Source: an uncultured Verrucomicrobiae bacterium
Lineage (GTDB): Bacteria > Verrucomicrobiota > Verrucomicrobiia > Limisphaerales > JAHDYP01
DNA: 64,000 nt
Assembly: GCA_963765535.1 (NCBI GenBank)
Contig: CAVXWU010000017.1
Coordinates: forward strand, 34,891 to 98,890
Direction of reading: 5' to 3'
Positions 20,223-29,923 of the stretch are shown here, in pieces. The stretch's first letter is position 1. The number at the start of each line of letters is the position of its first letter. Under the pieces are notes generated by a model that was not told the origin of the DNA, did not search any database, and worked only from the letters and a program-made list of their open reading frames with translations. The position numbers and the translations under genes are program-made.

Positions 20223-21173
20223 ATGACCAAACCCCGGCTCGTCTTCTTTGGCACGGCTTCACTGGCCTGCCCCAGCCTGGAGGCCATCGCCCGGCATCCC
20301 CATTTCGAACTGACTCGGGTCGTTACCCAACCCGATCGACCCGCCGGACGCGGACTGCATTCACACGCGTCTCCGGTTAAGTCCCTCGCGATTCAGCTTG
20401 GCCTGACGCTCGACCAACCAGCCCGTTGCCGGGATGCGACGTTCCTCCAAACATTTCGGGCAGTCGCCCCCGACCTCGCGGTCGTCGTCGCATATGGTCA
20501 GATCCTGCCACGCGCACTGCTGGAACTGGCGCCACTGGGTTTTCTCAATGTCCACGCCTCTCTCTTGCCTCGGTACCGAGGCGCTGCCCCGATTCAATGG
20601 GCCATTCTCAATGGCGACACCCATACCGGTGTGACGATCATGAAAATCGATGAAGGCCTCGATACTGGCGATATCCTCAGCACCCGCGATACTCCCATCC
20701 TCGACTCGGATGACGCCCTCACCCTCGAGGAGCGTCTTGGTCAGCTTGGTGCGTCATTGTTGATCGACACCCTCACAGACCTGATCGCCGGCCGTGTTCA
20801 ATCCCGGGCCCAACCCGGCGACGCCGCTTCTTACGCCCGGAAAATTACTCGCGCGGACGGTCACCTCGATTGGAATGCCCCGGCCCGCGATCTCTGGAAT
20901 AGGGCCAGAGCCCTTGTGCCCTGGCCAGGCACGTACACACTCCTGCCCGATCATTTTCAAAACCGGATTCTGAAGATTTGGAAAGCCGAGCCACTCCAGA
21001 TCGTCAGCGGCGTTCCGGGAGAAATCCTTTCCGCTTCCTCCGGGGAATTTACCGTCGCCTGTCGGATCGGGGCACTGCGCCTTCACCTCGTCCAATGCGA
21101 AGGCGGTCGCAAAATGTCCGCGCGCGATTTCCTGGCCGGACACCCGCTTCAACCCGGACAACGACTGGGATAA
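20223..21173 (+). CDS. fmt: Methionyl-tRNA formyltransferase
   Basis: VTQPDRPAGRG, VVAYGQIL, NVHASLLPRYRGAAPIQ, GLDTGD. Confidence 0.97.
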   Translation: MTKPRLVFFGTASLACPSLEAIARHPHFELTRVVTQPDRPAGRGLHSHASPVKSLAIQLGLTLDQPARCRDATFLQTFRAVAPDLAVVVAYGQILPRALLELAPLGFLNVHASLLPRYRGAAPIQWAILNGDTHTGVTIMKIDEGLDTGDILSTRDTPILDSDDALTLEERLGQLGASLLIDTLTDLIAGRVQSRAQPGDAASYARKITRADGHLDWNAPARDLWNRARALVPWPGTYTLLPDHFQNRILKIWKAEPLQIVSGVPGEILSASSGEFTVACRIGALRLHLVQCEGGRKMSARDFLAGHPLQPGQRLG

Positions 21174-21195
21174 TTCCTCTGCTCAGTTTCAAGCC

Positions 21196-21289
21196 GGAGG
21201 GACGAGCAGTGCGAGATGGGTCGTTGCCGGAGGGACGAGCTCCGCGAGTCCCCAGACAACGTTTCGGAGGGACGAGCTCCGCGAGTCCC
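21196..21289 (+). repeat. Tandem REP-like repeats (1 degenerate, 2 identical)
   Basis: GGAGGGACGAGCTCCGCGAGTCCC at 21229-21252 and 21266-21289, partial at 21196; between convergent genes. Confidence 0.8.
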
Positions 21290-21322
21290 AAATGACGGGT
21301 TTAAGTCGGCATGTAGTACCGT

Positions 21323-23224
21323 TCACTCTGCGGGTACAAGAAACGGAGGTAACGGACAATCCAAGGCATCGGCTATCGCCCGCACGAGTTCCGCCTCTCG
21401 CCGGTCAATGCGCGCGTCGGCTGACACCGTTTCGGCACAAGCCTGAAGAACCTGCTTCTTCAAGGCGGGCGACGCTTCAGCCAGTCGCGCCAGCGCGGCA
21501 TCGAGGTCTTCCAGGTTCGCACTGACCAGATCCCTGGGACGGGGTTCGTCTCCCGGCACTTTCAATCGGCGCCAACCGACAGTGAAGGCCGTAGCCGCCG
21601 CATCGGAACTCGGATTACCGGCATGCGCGAGAACGGAGAGAACCACGACCAGGTCCGCTGCGAGCGGTTTCAGGGCATGATACTGAACGACCGGACGCCG
21701 GACCGGTTGGAAGCCGGGATCGAGGTGCCTTCGGAGCATGTGCTGCAGGGCATACTCATGGATCTCAATTTGCCCGTCGGCCACAATGAGCTCATGGACG
21801 GCGCGCTCGAACTCGGCGTGCTGCCCCGCCGACAACCGTCGCAACGCCGGCAGGCAAAGTTCCACCAGTGGCAACCGATGTTCGGCCGGCACCGAATCCA
21901 CTCTTTCCTGCAACCGGCTCACTTCAATCAGCATTGGCGGTGGAACGACTTCACTCAACACTTTGAGCTGCACTTCGCGCCGGTCCGTTTCCCGGCTCAT
22001 CATCAACGCATAGACCAGGGCGGTCGCCGCCATGGACTCGCGCGTTGCCCCGCGCACATCCTCCGGTATTTTGTGCATCAAGGCCCCGGCATACTCCAAG
22101 TGTTCCGCAGTGGGCTGTCCGGTCTGGGCCAAAACATCCTGCGCCAACACCGCCGCCGCTGCGCCTCGAAGGATCGGCGGCAAACCCGCAGCCGCCCGAG
22201 CCGGCGAATGAGTGAGAGGCGGCCTCGAATCCCGGAATAGATTCACGGGGGTGACGGGGAATTCTCCGTCGAAGTTCGGTTCCCATACGCGGATGCGTTC
22301 CACCAATGGCGGATGAGTTGAGAACATTCCCAGCCATTGTTGAGAGAGTGCGTTTCCGAAAAAGAGATGACTCGCTTCCTCGGCACGCGACGTGACCACA
22401 GCCGAGCCCTGGGCCAACCCTCCAATCTTCTTCAACGCCCCGACCAATCCGTCCGGATTGCGCGTGAACTGCACCGCCGACGCATCGGCGAGAAACTCCC
22501 GCTGTCGCGAGACTGCGCTCTTGATCAAACGACCAAAGAACAACCCGATACCCCCAAAGACCAGCAGGGCCAGCCCGATCAGCGGGAGCGGATTGGATCC
22601 TCGGCGGTTGCCGCTGCGCCCTCCCGACATCTGCAACATAATGCGCCCGATCAACGCCAGACAAAGGATTCCACTCAACAAGCCGATCAAGCGGAGGTTC
22701 AACCGCATGTCACCGTTCAAAATGTGGCTGAACTCGTGGGCGATCACACCCTGCAATTCATCCCGCCCCAAAAGCCGCATGCAGCCGCGTGTCACACCAA
22801 TCACCGCGTCGCGCGGCGTGAAACCGGCCGCGAATGCGTTGATCCCATCCTCATGTTCGAGCAAGTAGACATCCGGCACCGGCACGCCCGAGGCGATGGC
22901 CATCTCCTCAACCACATTCAACAATTTGCGCTCGTCCGGATCCTGGGATTGCGTGTCCACCGGTCGACCGCCCAGAGCGGTTGCCACGCCGGCGCCGCCC
23001 CGGGACAGTTCCATGATTTTCGCCAGGCTCCCCAGGAGGATGATCGCCAGTGTTCCGAGAAATGCCGCGGCGAATAATCCCGGGTTCCAAAGCCCTCCCT
23101 TGGGGAAAATCAACGTCAGCACCAGATATACCGACAGGGCAATCAGCAACACCGCCAACCCAAAGTAAACGATCAGCTTCGCTGTAATCCGGCGTGCCCG
23201 TTCTTGCCGCTCAAAAAAGTCCAT
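21323..23224 (-). CDS. M48/HtpX-like membrane metallopeptidase with C-terminal extension
   Basis: VEEMAIASG, INAFAAG, AHEFSH, SRQREFLADA, STHPP. Confidence 0.9.
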   Translation of the reverse strand: MDFFERQERARRITAKLIVYFGLAVLLIALSVYLVLTLIFPKGGLWNPGLFAAAFLGTLAIILLGSLAKIMELSRGGAGVATALGGRPVDTQSQDPDERKLLNVVEEMAIASGVPVPDVYLLEHEDGINAFAAGFTPRDAVIGVTRGCMRLLGRDELQGVIAHEFSHILNGDMRLNLRLIGLLSGILCLALIGRIMLQMSGGRSGNRRGSNPLPLIGLALLVFGGIGLFFGRLIKSAVSRQREFLADASAVQFTRNPDGLVGALKKIGGLAQGSAVVTSRAEEASHLFFGNALSQQWLGMFSTHPPLVERIRVWEPNFDGEFPVTPVNLFRDSRPPLTHSPARAAAGLPPILRGAAAAVLAQDVLAQTGQPTAEHLEYAGALMHKIPEDVRGATRESMAATALVYALMMSRETDRREVQLKVLSEVVPPPMLIEVSRLQERVDSVPAEHRLPLVELCLPALRRLSAGQHAEFERAVHELIVADGQIEIHEYALQHMLRRHLDPGFQPVRRPVVQYHALKPLAADLVVVLSVLAHAGNPSSDAAATAFTVGWRRLKVPGDEPRPRDLVSANLEDLDAALARLAEASPALKKQVLQACAETVSADARIDRREAELVRAIADALDCPLPPFLVPAE

Positions 23225-23346
23225 TGCCCACTCACATTCCTGGCCGGCGAACTTGTTGTCGCCAACCGCCTAACCCGGAAATCTCACACGTGATATGCCC
23301 ACTTCCATTCACCCGGTGTTCGGGTGAAAATTCCTCCCAACCAACT

Positions 23347-23955
23347 TCAGGAAAAGGAGACCTTCGGCGCCTCGCGCTCAGCGGCGTTCTCAAGGACAAA
23401 AAGCTCCGCCGCATTGAAGTTGAACGCGCCCGCAACCAGGTTGCTCGGAAAGGATTCGCGCGCCGTATTGTACGTCATGACCGCGTCATTGTAAGCCTGA
23501 CGGGAAAAGGCGACTTTGTTTTCTGTGCTGGTCAATTGCTCCATCAAACTCGCCATCGTCTGGTTCGCTTTCAAATCCGGGTAGGCCTCCGCCAATGCAA
23601 ATAGGCGACTCAACGTCCCGCTCAGGACATTCTCCGCGCCGCTCAAGGCCTTGACCGCGCTGGCGTCGCCGGGATCCTGCGCCGCCCGTGTGTTTGCGGC
23701 CGCGGCGGCATTCCGGGCCGTGATGACGGCCTCGAGCGTTCCGCGCTCGTGCTTGAGATACCCTTTCGCGGTCTCGACCAGGTTCGGGATCAGATCATAG
23801 CGTCGCTTGAGCTGGACATCGATTTGGGCAAAGGCGTTCTTAAATCGATTCCGAAGGCCGACGAGTCGGTTGAACATGACCATCAACGACCCGCCGATCA
23901 GGATGGCCAATAAGAGCAACCCGCCTAACAACACCAACGTTACCACGGTCATCAT
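23347..23955 (-). CDS. lemA: LemA family protein
   Basis: QIDVQLKRRYDLIPNLV, EAYPDLKA, TENKVAFSRQAYN. Confidence 0.95.
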   Translation of the reverse strand: MMTVVTLVLLGGLLLLAILIGGSLMVMFNRLVGLRNRFKNAFAQIDVQLKRRYDLIPNLVETAKGYLKHERGTLEAVITARNAAAAANTRAAQDPGDASAVKALSGAENVLSGTLSRLFALAEAYPDLKANQTMASLMEQLTSTENKVAFSRQAYNDAVMTYNTARESFPSNLVAGAFNFNAAELFVLENAAEREAPKVSFS

Positions 23956-24136
23956 ACGGTTCCTTTCGTTTTCACCGCTGCATCATCCCGGATCCGGCCG
24001 TCCCCGGCCAATTATTCTCTACGGGTCTTTTTATATACTTGTGCCCCAACTCGCCAAAAGCTCAAACCCAACAATTGCCCCTGCAGCCAACATCGGCGTG
24101 GTCAAGCAAGCCTGCGCGGCAGTATATTCGCACGTC

Positions 24137-24399
24137 ATGAAAAGCCGAACCCAGCCGACTGTGGTGCGGCTCGCACCCGCCAACCCGCGGCGGAATCTGC
24201 CGGCGCACACTGCACATGGCCGCCGGGAGATGAACTTCGTGGCAGCATTCGGGGATGCTTATGTTCGTGCTGAGTTGGCACGGCGGGGAGGCAGACGGAG
24301 ATACCACGCGACGGGGCGTGAACTGGCGGTTGCGGGGCTTGGAATTGCGGATTTTGTCTGGATTGCGTGGCGCGATACCCCACGCGGCGAGGAAGGTGT
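24137..24399 (+). pseudogene. N-terminal fragment of a possible PD-(D/E)xK-type protein
   Basis: MKSRT...GRELAVAGLGIADFVW; runs into an unrelated opposite-strand fragment. Confidence 0.35.
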
Positions 24400-24552
24400 G
24401 GGATTGTTGAGGATATTGGCCGCCTGCAGTGTGCCGTGCTCGGTGAAGACAACCGGAAGGTACTTTCGGTGCGCGCCCCTCCCGGATTTTAAGGTCGCAA
24501 TTTGCGACCTTAAAGTCAGCCATTCACCCTCCGTGATCTGAAAGGCGAAATC
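24400..24552 (-). pseudogene. ORF6N-domain fragment
   Basis: Own translation: DFAFQITEGEWLTLRSQIATLKSGRGAHRKYLPVVFTEHGTLQAANILNNP; no start or intact ends. Confidence 0.8.
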
Positions 24553-25720
24553 TCAGTCGTTCTTTGGTGACTCTCCATAATCACCAGCCAGGTGACCAGA
24601 TCGAAATCGGCACCGTCCGATCCGGGGATTTCCCCGGCAGCCGGGAGAACTGCGCTCCGGCTGGAAAGCAGCGCGCTGGCGGCGCGCTTTTGGAAGGTGC
24701 GTTCGATGGAGCCCAACGCTTTTTGCAGGAGCCCCTAGTAATGGCTCATATCCGCACCGTCACGGGTGCGCTGGTCAAACTGATCGCAAAGCCTTTCGAA
24801 CGCCGCGGGCTCGCCGGCGGCGAGGTCGCACAACAGGAGCATGGATTCCTTCGGTTGGGCGAAACTGAACCGGACGGTGCCGTCGTCATGAACGTAGACG
24901 AGATAGTGCGGCGCGAGTGGGTTCAGTTTCGTCGAGTCTCCGCGCTTGTCGGCAACTGAAGTGCCGGTGGCTTTACGGGTCTTCTGCCGGAGCAGAAAGA
25001 CCGCGCCCGGGCGGGCCACTGCCGAAAGTTCCTGTTTGGGCGGCACGACGGCGTACAATCCCTCGCCGGCCTCCTCGAGTTCGGCACGGTTGGCTTCGAG
25101 GTAACGCAGCAGATCGAGGCGGAATTCGTCGAGCGAGAAGTCCGTGAGCGAGACGGCATCGTCGAGGTCTTCAAGGTCGAGGATCTCGTCCTTGAGTCGT
25201 TTGAGTTGACGGTCGCGGAAGAGCAGATCCTCCTTGATGAGGTCCTCGATCTGGGCGGCGTCGACCAGATTGTCAGTCTGCGTGGCCGCAAGGTCCACCA
25301 GGGCCATGCGGGCCTCGACTCGGAGCTTGATCCCCAGGTAACGGTCGAGATCGGCGACCGGCCAGAAGTTGACGAGCTGCACGGCGTCACTGCGGGATCG
25401 AATTCTGTCAATTCGGCCTTCCTGCGTGAATCCACCGAGGATCCTGGCCTGGTAGCCCGCACGGATATACTCGGGCAAATCCCGGCGGAGCTTGCTGGTC
25501 GGATGATAAAGGGCGAGGCGGAGTTCGCTGATCTCTGCATCGAGTTGCTCAAACGACAGGTAACGCTGTTCGAGGTCGATGGAGGCGTGAATGGCCTTGG
25601 GCGGCGGTCGATGCGGGAAACCACCAAGCTGCTTCATCTCGCCGGCATAGTAGCTGGCAATCTGACGGCGCGAACGGGCGATGCTCAAACCGTCCAGTAA
25701 CTTGAAGAAATCCCCCCGAT
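24553..25720 (-). pseudogene. Relic of RM/defence-associated SF2 helicase
   Basis: FFKLLD..SIARSRR, GRIDRI..VNFWP, C-terminal DFDLVTWLVI; no N-terminus, internal deletion, in-frame TAG at 24735-24737. Confidence 0.7.
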
Positions 25721-26075
25721 GGCGGCAATGAGATCGCGGGTTTTTCGCTGGCCGGGCGGCTTTTTGGCCCATTGCGGGCATTACGCTTGAGCAGGTTACG
25801 GAATCCCGTTTGCCATGACCAGCATGGCTTTTGGCGCACGGCCCGCCAAGGGTCCCGGAAGTCACGATTGCCCCTGCTGGTGCCTAAAGGTGGCGTAAGG
25901 TCAATCCCGTGCTCGACCCGCGGATGGCGCTACATTCAGACTTCGTCCCAAATGCGGCCCGCCACTCGCCATGATTGAGGCGCAATAGTGTCCTGCCCCG
26001 ATACCTCTTCCGCAATTATCTCGACTCTGCCAATATCGCCGCGATGAGACCCTCGACTCCGAAATCACTGAGCAC

Positions 26076-27368
26076 GTGGCCGTAATCATGTTCGATCCCC
26101 ATCACGGGTCTTTGTGGGTCGTGTCGGCTCTGCTCAGCCTGCTTTTCGCGCGATGGCTTCTGAACCTCATCCTCCACCAGCTCAATGAGCGCGCCACACG
26201 CGTTCGAGCGCGCGAGTTGCCGAGCCTCTTTCGAGAGGTCATGGATTCTTCCACCTACGATCGATCGGTCCGCTATACGCTCGCGAAAAGTCAGTTCAAT
26301 CAAATCGAATCCACCTTTGGTGCCTGCCTCTTGTCCGCCATTCTGCTCGCCGGCGTTTTGCCGCAAACCTTTCGCTGGGGAACCGATGCGCTGGGCGCGT
26401 CTGCCGCCTCCGTTGCTTTACTGCTATGGATCGTTGCCGCGAGTTTATCCCTGGCGTATCTCCCATTCGACTGGGTCGCCCAGTTCAGACTCGAGGAACA
26501 ATTCGGATTCAACACCACCTCGCGCCGGACCTGGTGTTTGGATCGCTTGAAAGGCCTTGGCTTGAGTCTGCTGCTCGGTTATCCGGTGTTCTGGCTGCTG
26601 CTCAGCCTGCCTGCCTGGTGCGGCACGCTATGGTGGCTTTGGGCGTGGACCTTCCTGGTCGCCTGCCAACTGTTTCTGACCTTCATCGCCCCAATCCTAA
26701 TCCTGCCCCTGTTCAACCGGTTCACCCCACTCCCGGAGGGGGAACTCCGACAACGTCTCGATCAACTCGCCCAACGGACGCAGTTCGAGCATCGTGGCAT
26801 TTTCGTGATGGATGGCAGCCGACGATCCCGCCATTCCAACGCCTTCTTCACCGGGCTGGGTCGCTTTCGCCGGATTGTGCTCTACGACACCCTCCTTTCT
26901 CAACTCGATGCCCCGGAACTCGAAGCCGTCCTCGCCCATGAGATCGGTCACTTCCGGCTTGGACACATCCCCAAGACATTTGCCGCCGCCGCCGGCGCTC
27001 TCCTGGTCTTGCTCTTCGTCGTGGGCCAAATTGCCGCCTCACCCTGGCCGGTCGCCTTGGGGTTCGAGGGTGGCGGTCTCGGTCCATTGCTGCTTCTGGC
27101 GATTGTCTATGGAGGGGCGTTTTCTTTTTGGATCACACCCTTGACCAACGCATGGTCTCGCCGAATCGAGTACCAGGCCGATCAGTTCGCTGGCCGGTGC
27201 ATGGGAAGCGCCCAACCCCTCATTACAGCCTTACGCAAATTGACGTATCGGAACCTCGGCAACCTGACGCCCCACCCCGCATATAGCTGGTTCTATTATT
27301 CCCATCCCACGCTTTGGGAACGCGAGCGGGCCCTCGATCAGCTTCCCACTAAGTGGTCTGTTTCATAA
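26076..27368 (+). CDS. Ste24-type M48 metallopeptidase
   Basis: FGFN, DGSRRSRHSNAFFTG, AHEIGH, EYQAD, YSHPTL.ER; last 5 residues supplied by the MITE. Confidence 0.92.
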   Translation: MAVIMFDPHHGSLWVVSALLSLLFARWLLNLILHQLNERATRVRARELPSLFREVMDSSTYDRSVRYTLAKSQFNQIESTFGACLLSAILLAGVLPQTFRWGTDALGASAASVALLLWIVAASLSLAYLPFDWVAQFRLEEQFGFNTTSRRTWCLDRLKGLGLSLLLGYPVFWLLLSLPAWCGTLWWLWAWTFLVACQLFLTFIAPILILPLFNRFTPLPEGELRQRLDQLAQRTQFEHRGIFVMDGSRRSRHSNAFFTGLGRFRRIVLYDTLLSQLDAPELEAVLAHEIGHFRLGHIPKTFAAAAGALLVLLFVVGQIAASPWPVALGFEGGGLGPLLLLAIVYGGAFSFWITPLTNAWSRRIEYQADQFAGRCMGSAQPLITALRKLTYRNLGNLTPHPAYSWFYYSHPTLWERERALDQLPTKWSVS

Positions 27369-27624
27369 ATGCGGTTACGTTCGCGGCCAGGGGTTTTTCG
27401 GCCAGACGAGGCGCGAGCAACGAGCATACCCGCAGCGGTCTGTAAGGCGCGAGCAACGAAGTCTGGCCGAAAAAGAACGGCCGCCCGGAGGGTTGCGCCG
27501 AATTTGGCCTGGGGCGGCGTTGCTCGGTCGGTCGAGTATCGCAGGGGATACACTCTCGCCCTCGCGCCTTGCCTCAGGCCAAATTGGGCGCAACGAACGT
27601 GACCGTATTTATGAAACAGACCAC
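27353..27624. mobile_element. 272-bp MITE, copy 1
   Basis: ~31-bp terminal inverted repeats GTGGTCTGTTTCATAAAT.CGGT.ACGTTCG; flanks TAA/TTA; 3 differences from copy 2. Confidence 0.92.
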
Positions 27625-27632
27625 TTAGAGCG

Positions 27633-28061
27633 TCAGCGCTGGGGAAAGATCTGGTAGAGCAACAGGTAAATGATCACCCCGGTCACGGAGACATACATCC
27701 AGACCGGCCAGGTCCATCGCGCGATGCTCCGGTGCCTGTCAAATCTTCCGCGAACGGCCCGGTAAAGCGTGATCAACACCAAGGGCAATACCGCGCCCGC
27801 GAGCAACGTGTGCGAGAGCAGGAGGGTCAGATAAAAACCGCGAAACCAGGCAGGGTTTTCAAAACGCGTTACCCCATGCACATTCACATGGTAATAAATA
27901 TAACTCCCCAGGAAACAGGTGGAAGTCACCACAGCGGCGATCATGCAGTTCCGGTGCCGCGCAACCTGTCCCCGCCGGATAAAGTCATACCCCACCCCCA
28001 GCAGAACGGCGCTCGTTCCGTTCAAGGTCGCGTTCAGGGCAGGTAAATCCGAAATCGTCAT
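27633..28061 (-). CDS. DUF420 membrane protein (CtaM-like)
   Basis: LPALNA.LN, H..CM, FL.SY..YH, H..IARW..PVWMYVSVTG. Confidence 0.9.
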   Translation of the reverse strand: MTISDLPALNATLNGTSAVLLGVGYDFIRRGQVARHRNCMIAAVVTSTCFLGSYIYYHVNVHGVTRFENPAWFRGFYLTLLLSHTLLAGAVLPLVLITLYRAVRGRFDRHRSIARWTWPVWMYVSVTGVIIYLLLYQIFPQR

Positions 28062-28114
28062 CGTCCCTCACCGGGGGCCGGCGAAGCCATGGCCGTCACG
28101 ACCGCTTACAGCCA

Positions 28115-28747
28115 TTAACTCTCGCGTTCCAGGCGCCGAATGGCCGCCAGCACTCGCGCCGATACGGCGACATCGGTGCCATCAAAATAACCTCGCACCT
28201 GCCCCGCCTGATCCACCAGCACCAAGTGTGTGCTGTGAATAAACAAATCGCTGAGGCTGTTCCGCTGCTCCGGGTCGATCTTTTCCGCCGATAGTTTTAA
28301 ATCGTCGATCGCAAATCGATAAAGCTCCTTTTTCAAACCCGTCAGAAACTGCCATCGCTTCGGATTGGCCTCGAAGCGCTGGGAGTAAGCCCGCAGCACA
28401 TCGACCGTGTCAAACTCCGGATCGGCCGTCAGCGAAATCAATTGAACCTTGTCGCCATCCCCCAACTCAGTTTGAAGCCTCGAAAGCCCCCGGCTCATAA
28501 CCAGGCACGGACCCGGGCAGCGCGTGAAGATGATGTCGGCCACCCAGATGGTTCCCTCCAGGGCCTCGCCAGAGACGGCGTGACCCAACTGATTCGTCAA
28601 AGCAAACGTGCTCACGCGACCCAGTATAGGCAAGGGATCCGGTTGCGCCCGTTTGCGGAGGGTCATGACCCCCGCCGTCAGCGCCAGCAGCCCCAGACCC
28701 AAGACACCCCAGGCGAGCCAGCCTGTTGAATATCCCTTTGTCTTCAT
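28115..28747 (-). CDS. SCO1/SenC copper chaperone
   Basis: TM anchor, FTRCPGPC, DPEFDT, IHST. Confidence 0.92.
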   Translation of the reverse strand: MKTKGYSTGWLAWGVLGLGLLALTAGVMTLRKRAQPDPLPILGRVSTFALTNQLGHAVSGEALEGTIWVADIIFTRCPGPCLVMSRGLSRLQTELGDGDKVQLISLTADPEFDTVDVLRAYSQRFEANPKRWQFLTGLKKELYRFAIDDLKLSAEKIDPEQRNSLSDLFIHSTHLVLVDQAGQVRGYFDGTDVAVSARVLAAIRRLERES

Positions 28748-28835
28748 CGTTGAATCCCATCCCCACCCCCGATCTCCGAAGTCCAAAGCCCTTGAGGCGT
28801 TCCCCCTTTCGATGGAGTCTCCACCTTAGGCGACC

Positions 28836-29636
28836 TTACTCGTAGTCTACCGGGCCGGCCGCGGCCGATCGGGCCTTGCCAGACTGCTCGGCCAACCACC
28901 GGTCGTAGTCCTCCTGCGAGACCACCTTCAGCGTCCCGAACATTCCATAATGAGAATTGCCGCATAACTGCGCGCAAGTGATCTTGTACTCCCCGATCCG
29001 GATCGGTTTGAACCAGGTCGGAATGGTCATGCCCGGAATGGCATCCTGGCACACCCGCATGCTCGTGATGGCGAAGCTATGAATGACATCCAGCGAAGTG
29101 ACGTGGGCGACTACGTCCTTGCCGACCGGCACCACGATGTTCCCCTGCACCACCACATCGTCGGCCGCAGCCGGGTCCCCTTTTCGATCGACGCCGAATG
29201 GATCGCTTGCGCTCGACATCCCCGGATCCTGGCGCCCGATCTTGCCATCGACTCCGGGGTAATGGGCCATCCAATTGAATTGCCGGCCCATGACCTGAAT
29301 GACCGTCGAGGTTTCCTCGTTCGGGAGTTTGTCCACCGCCTGGGCCCATAACGGAATCGCAAAGGCCAGCAAAAGTATCCCCTCGGCGAGCACGACACCG
29401 CCCTCGAGATAATTCGAAAAATGACTCCGCACGCCGGCGTAATTGCCCCTCGGACTACGGCTTTGTCGGAACCGCACGAGGGTGTAGAAGAAGAAAAGCG
29501 ACCAACCCACCAACAGCACCAGCATCAACCAATGCACGTACATCATCAGGTTGTCCATCTTCTCCCCGTGTTCCGAAGCGAGAATCGGGAGACCAAGGAA
29601 CTTGTACTTGAACCAGTAGGTGAAGCCGTGATTCAT
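28836..29636 (-). CDS. ctaC: Cytochrome c oxidase subunit II
   Basis: Two TMs, QFNW, DVIHSF, DAIPG, CuA motif CAQLCGNSHYGM; no fused CxxCH. Confidence 0.93.
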   Translation of the reverse strand: MNHGFTYWFKYKFLGLPILASEHGEKMDNLMMYVHWLMLVLLVGWSLFFFYTLVRFRQSRSPRGNYAGVRSHFSNYLEGGVVLAEGILLLAFAIPLWAQAVDKLPNEETSTVIQVMGRQFNWMAHYPGVDGKIGRQDPGMSSASDPFGVDRKGDPAAADDVVVQGNIVVPVGKDVVAHVTSLDVIHSFAITSMRVCQDAIPGMTIPTWFKPIRIGEYKITCAQLCGNSHYGMFGTLKVVSQEDYDRWLAEQSGKARSAAAGPVDYE

Positions 29637-29923
29637 CGCGATTGAGCCCCGGCGGTTTCAGCAACCCATGGTTCCACCTTCGACCGTCGGGAATCCCTCA
29701 GCCGGGTCGCGCGCAAGGCCAAAAAGGTAAAAAACCCAATGACCCCGGACAACACCCCGCCGACGACGCCAAGCAGGCTCAGTATGCCAAGATTCATCCC
29801 CTGGGCCATGGCCGAGTCGGATGCCCCGAAGCAAGTCGCGCATGCGCCAGCCGTGCCCGGCATTCCCATGAGCAACGCCGTCACCGACATCAGCAGCGTC
29901 GAGGTCCATCTCCGCATATTCAT
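29633..29923 (-). CDS. Small membrane protein with N-terminal CxxC
   Basis: Signal peptide ending AGA, then CATCFG, then one TM; 4-bp overlaps with both neighbours. Confidence 0.75.
   Translation of the reverse strand: MNMRRWTSTLLMSVTALLMGMPGTAGACATCFGASDSAMAQGMNLGILSLLGVVGGVLSGVIGFFTFLALRATRLRDSRRSKVEPWVAETAGAQSR

Noticed and set aside
21196-21289. Direct 24-bp repeats resembling a mini CRISPR array
   Set aside because: Spacer only ~13 bp, two full units, same unit also occurs as an inverted doublet at 7280, no cas genes; fits REP elements
24735-24737. In-frame TAG as pyrrolysine or readthrough recoding
   Set aside because: The gene is otherwise truncated and deleted; TAG is a normal stop elsewhere (e.g. 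263, amidase, czcA)
27338-27602. Small ORFs inside the MITE repeated in both copies
   Set aside because: Identity simply follows element duplication; no transposase motifs, and the sequence is dominated by palindromes
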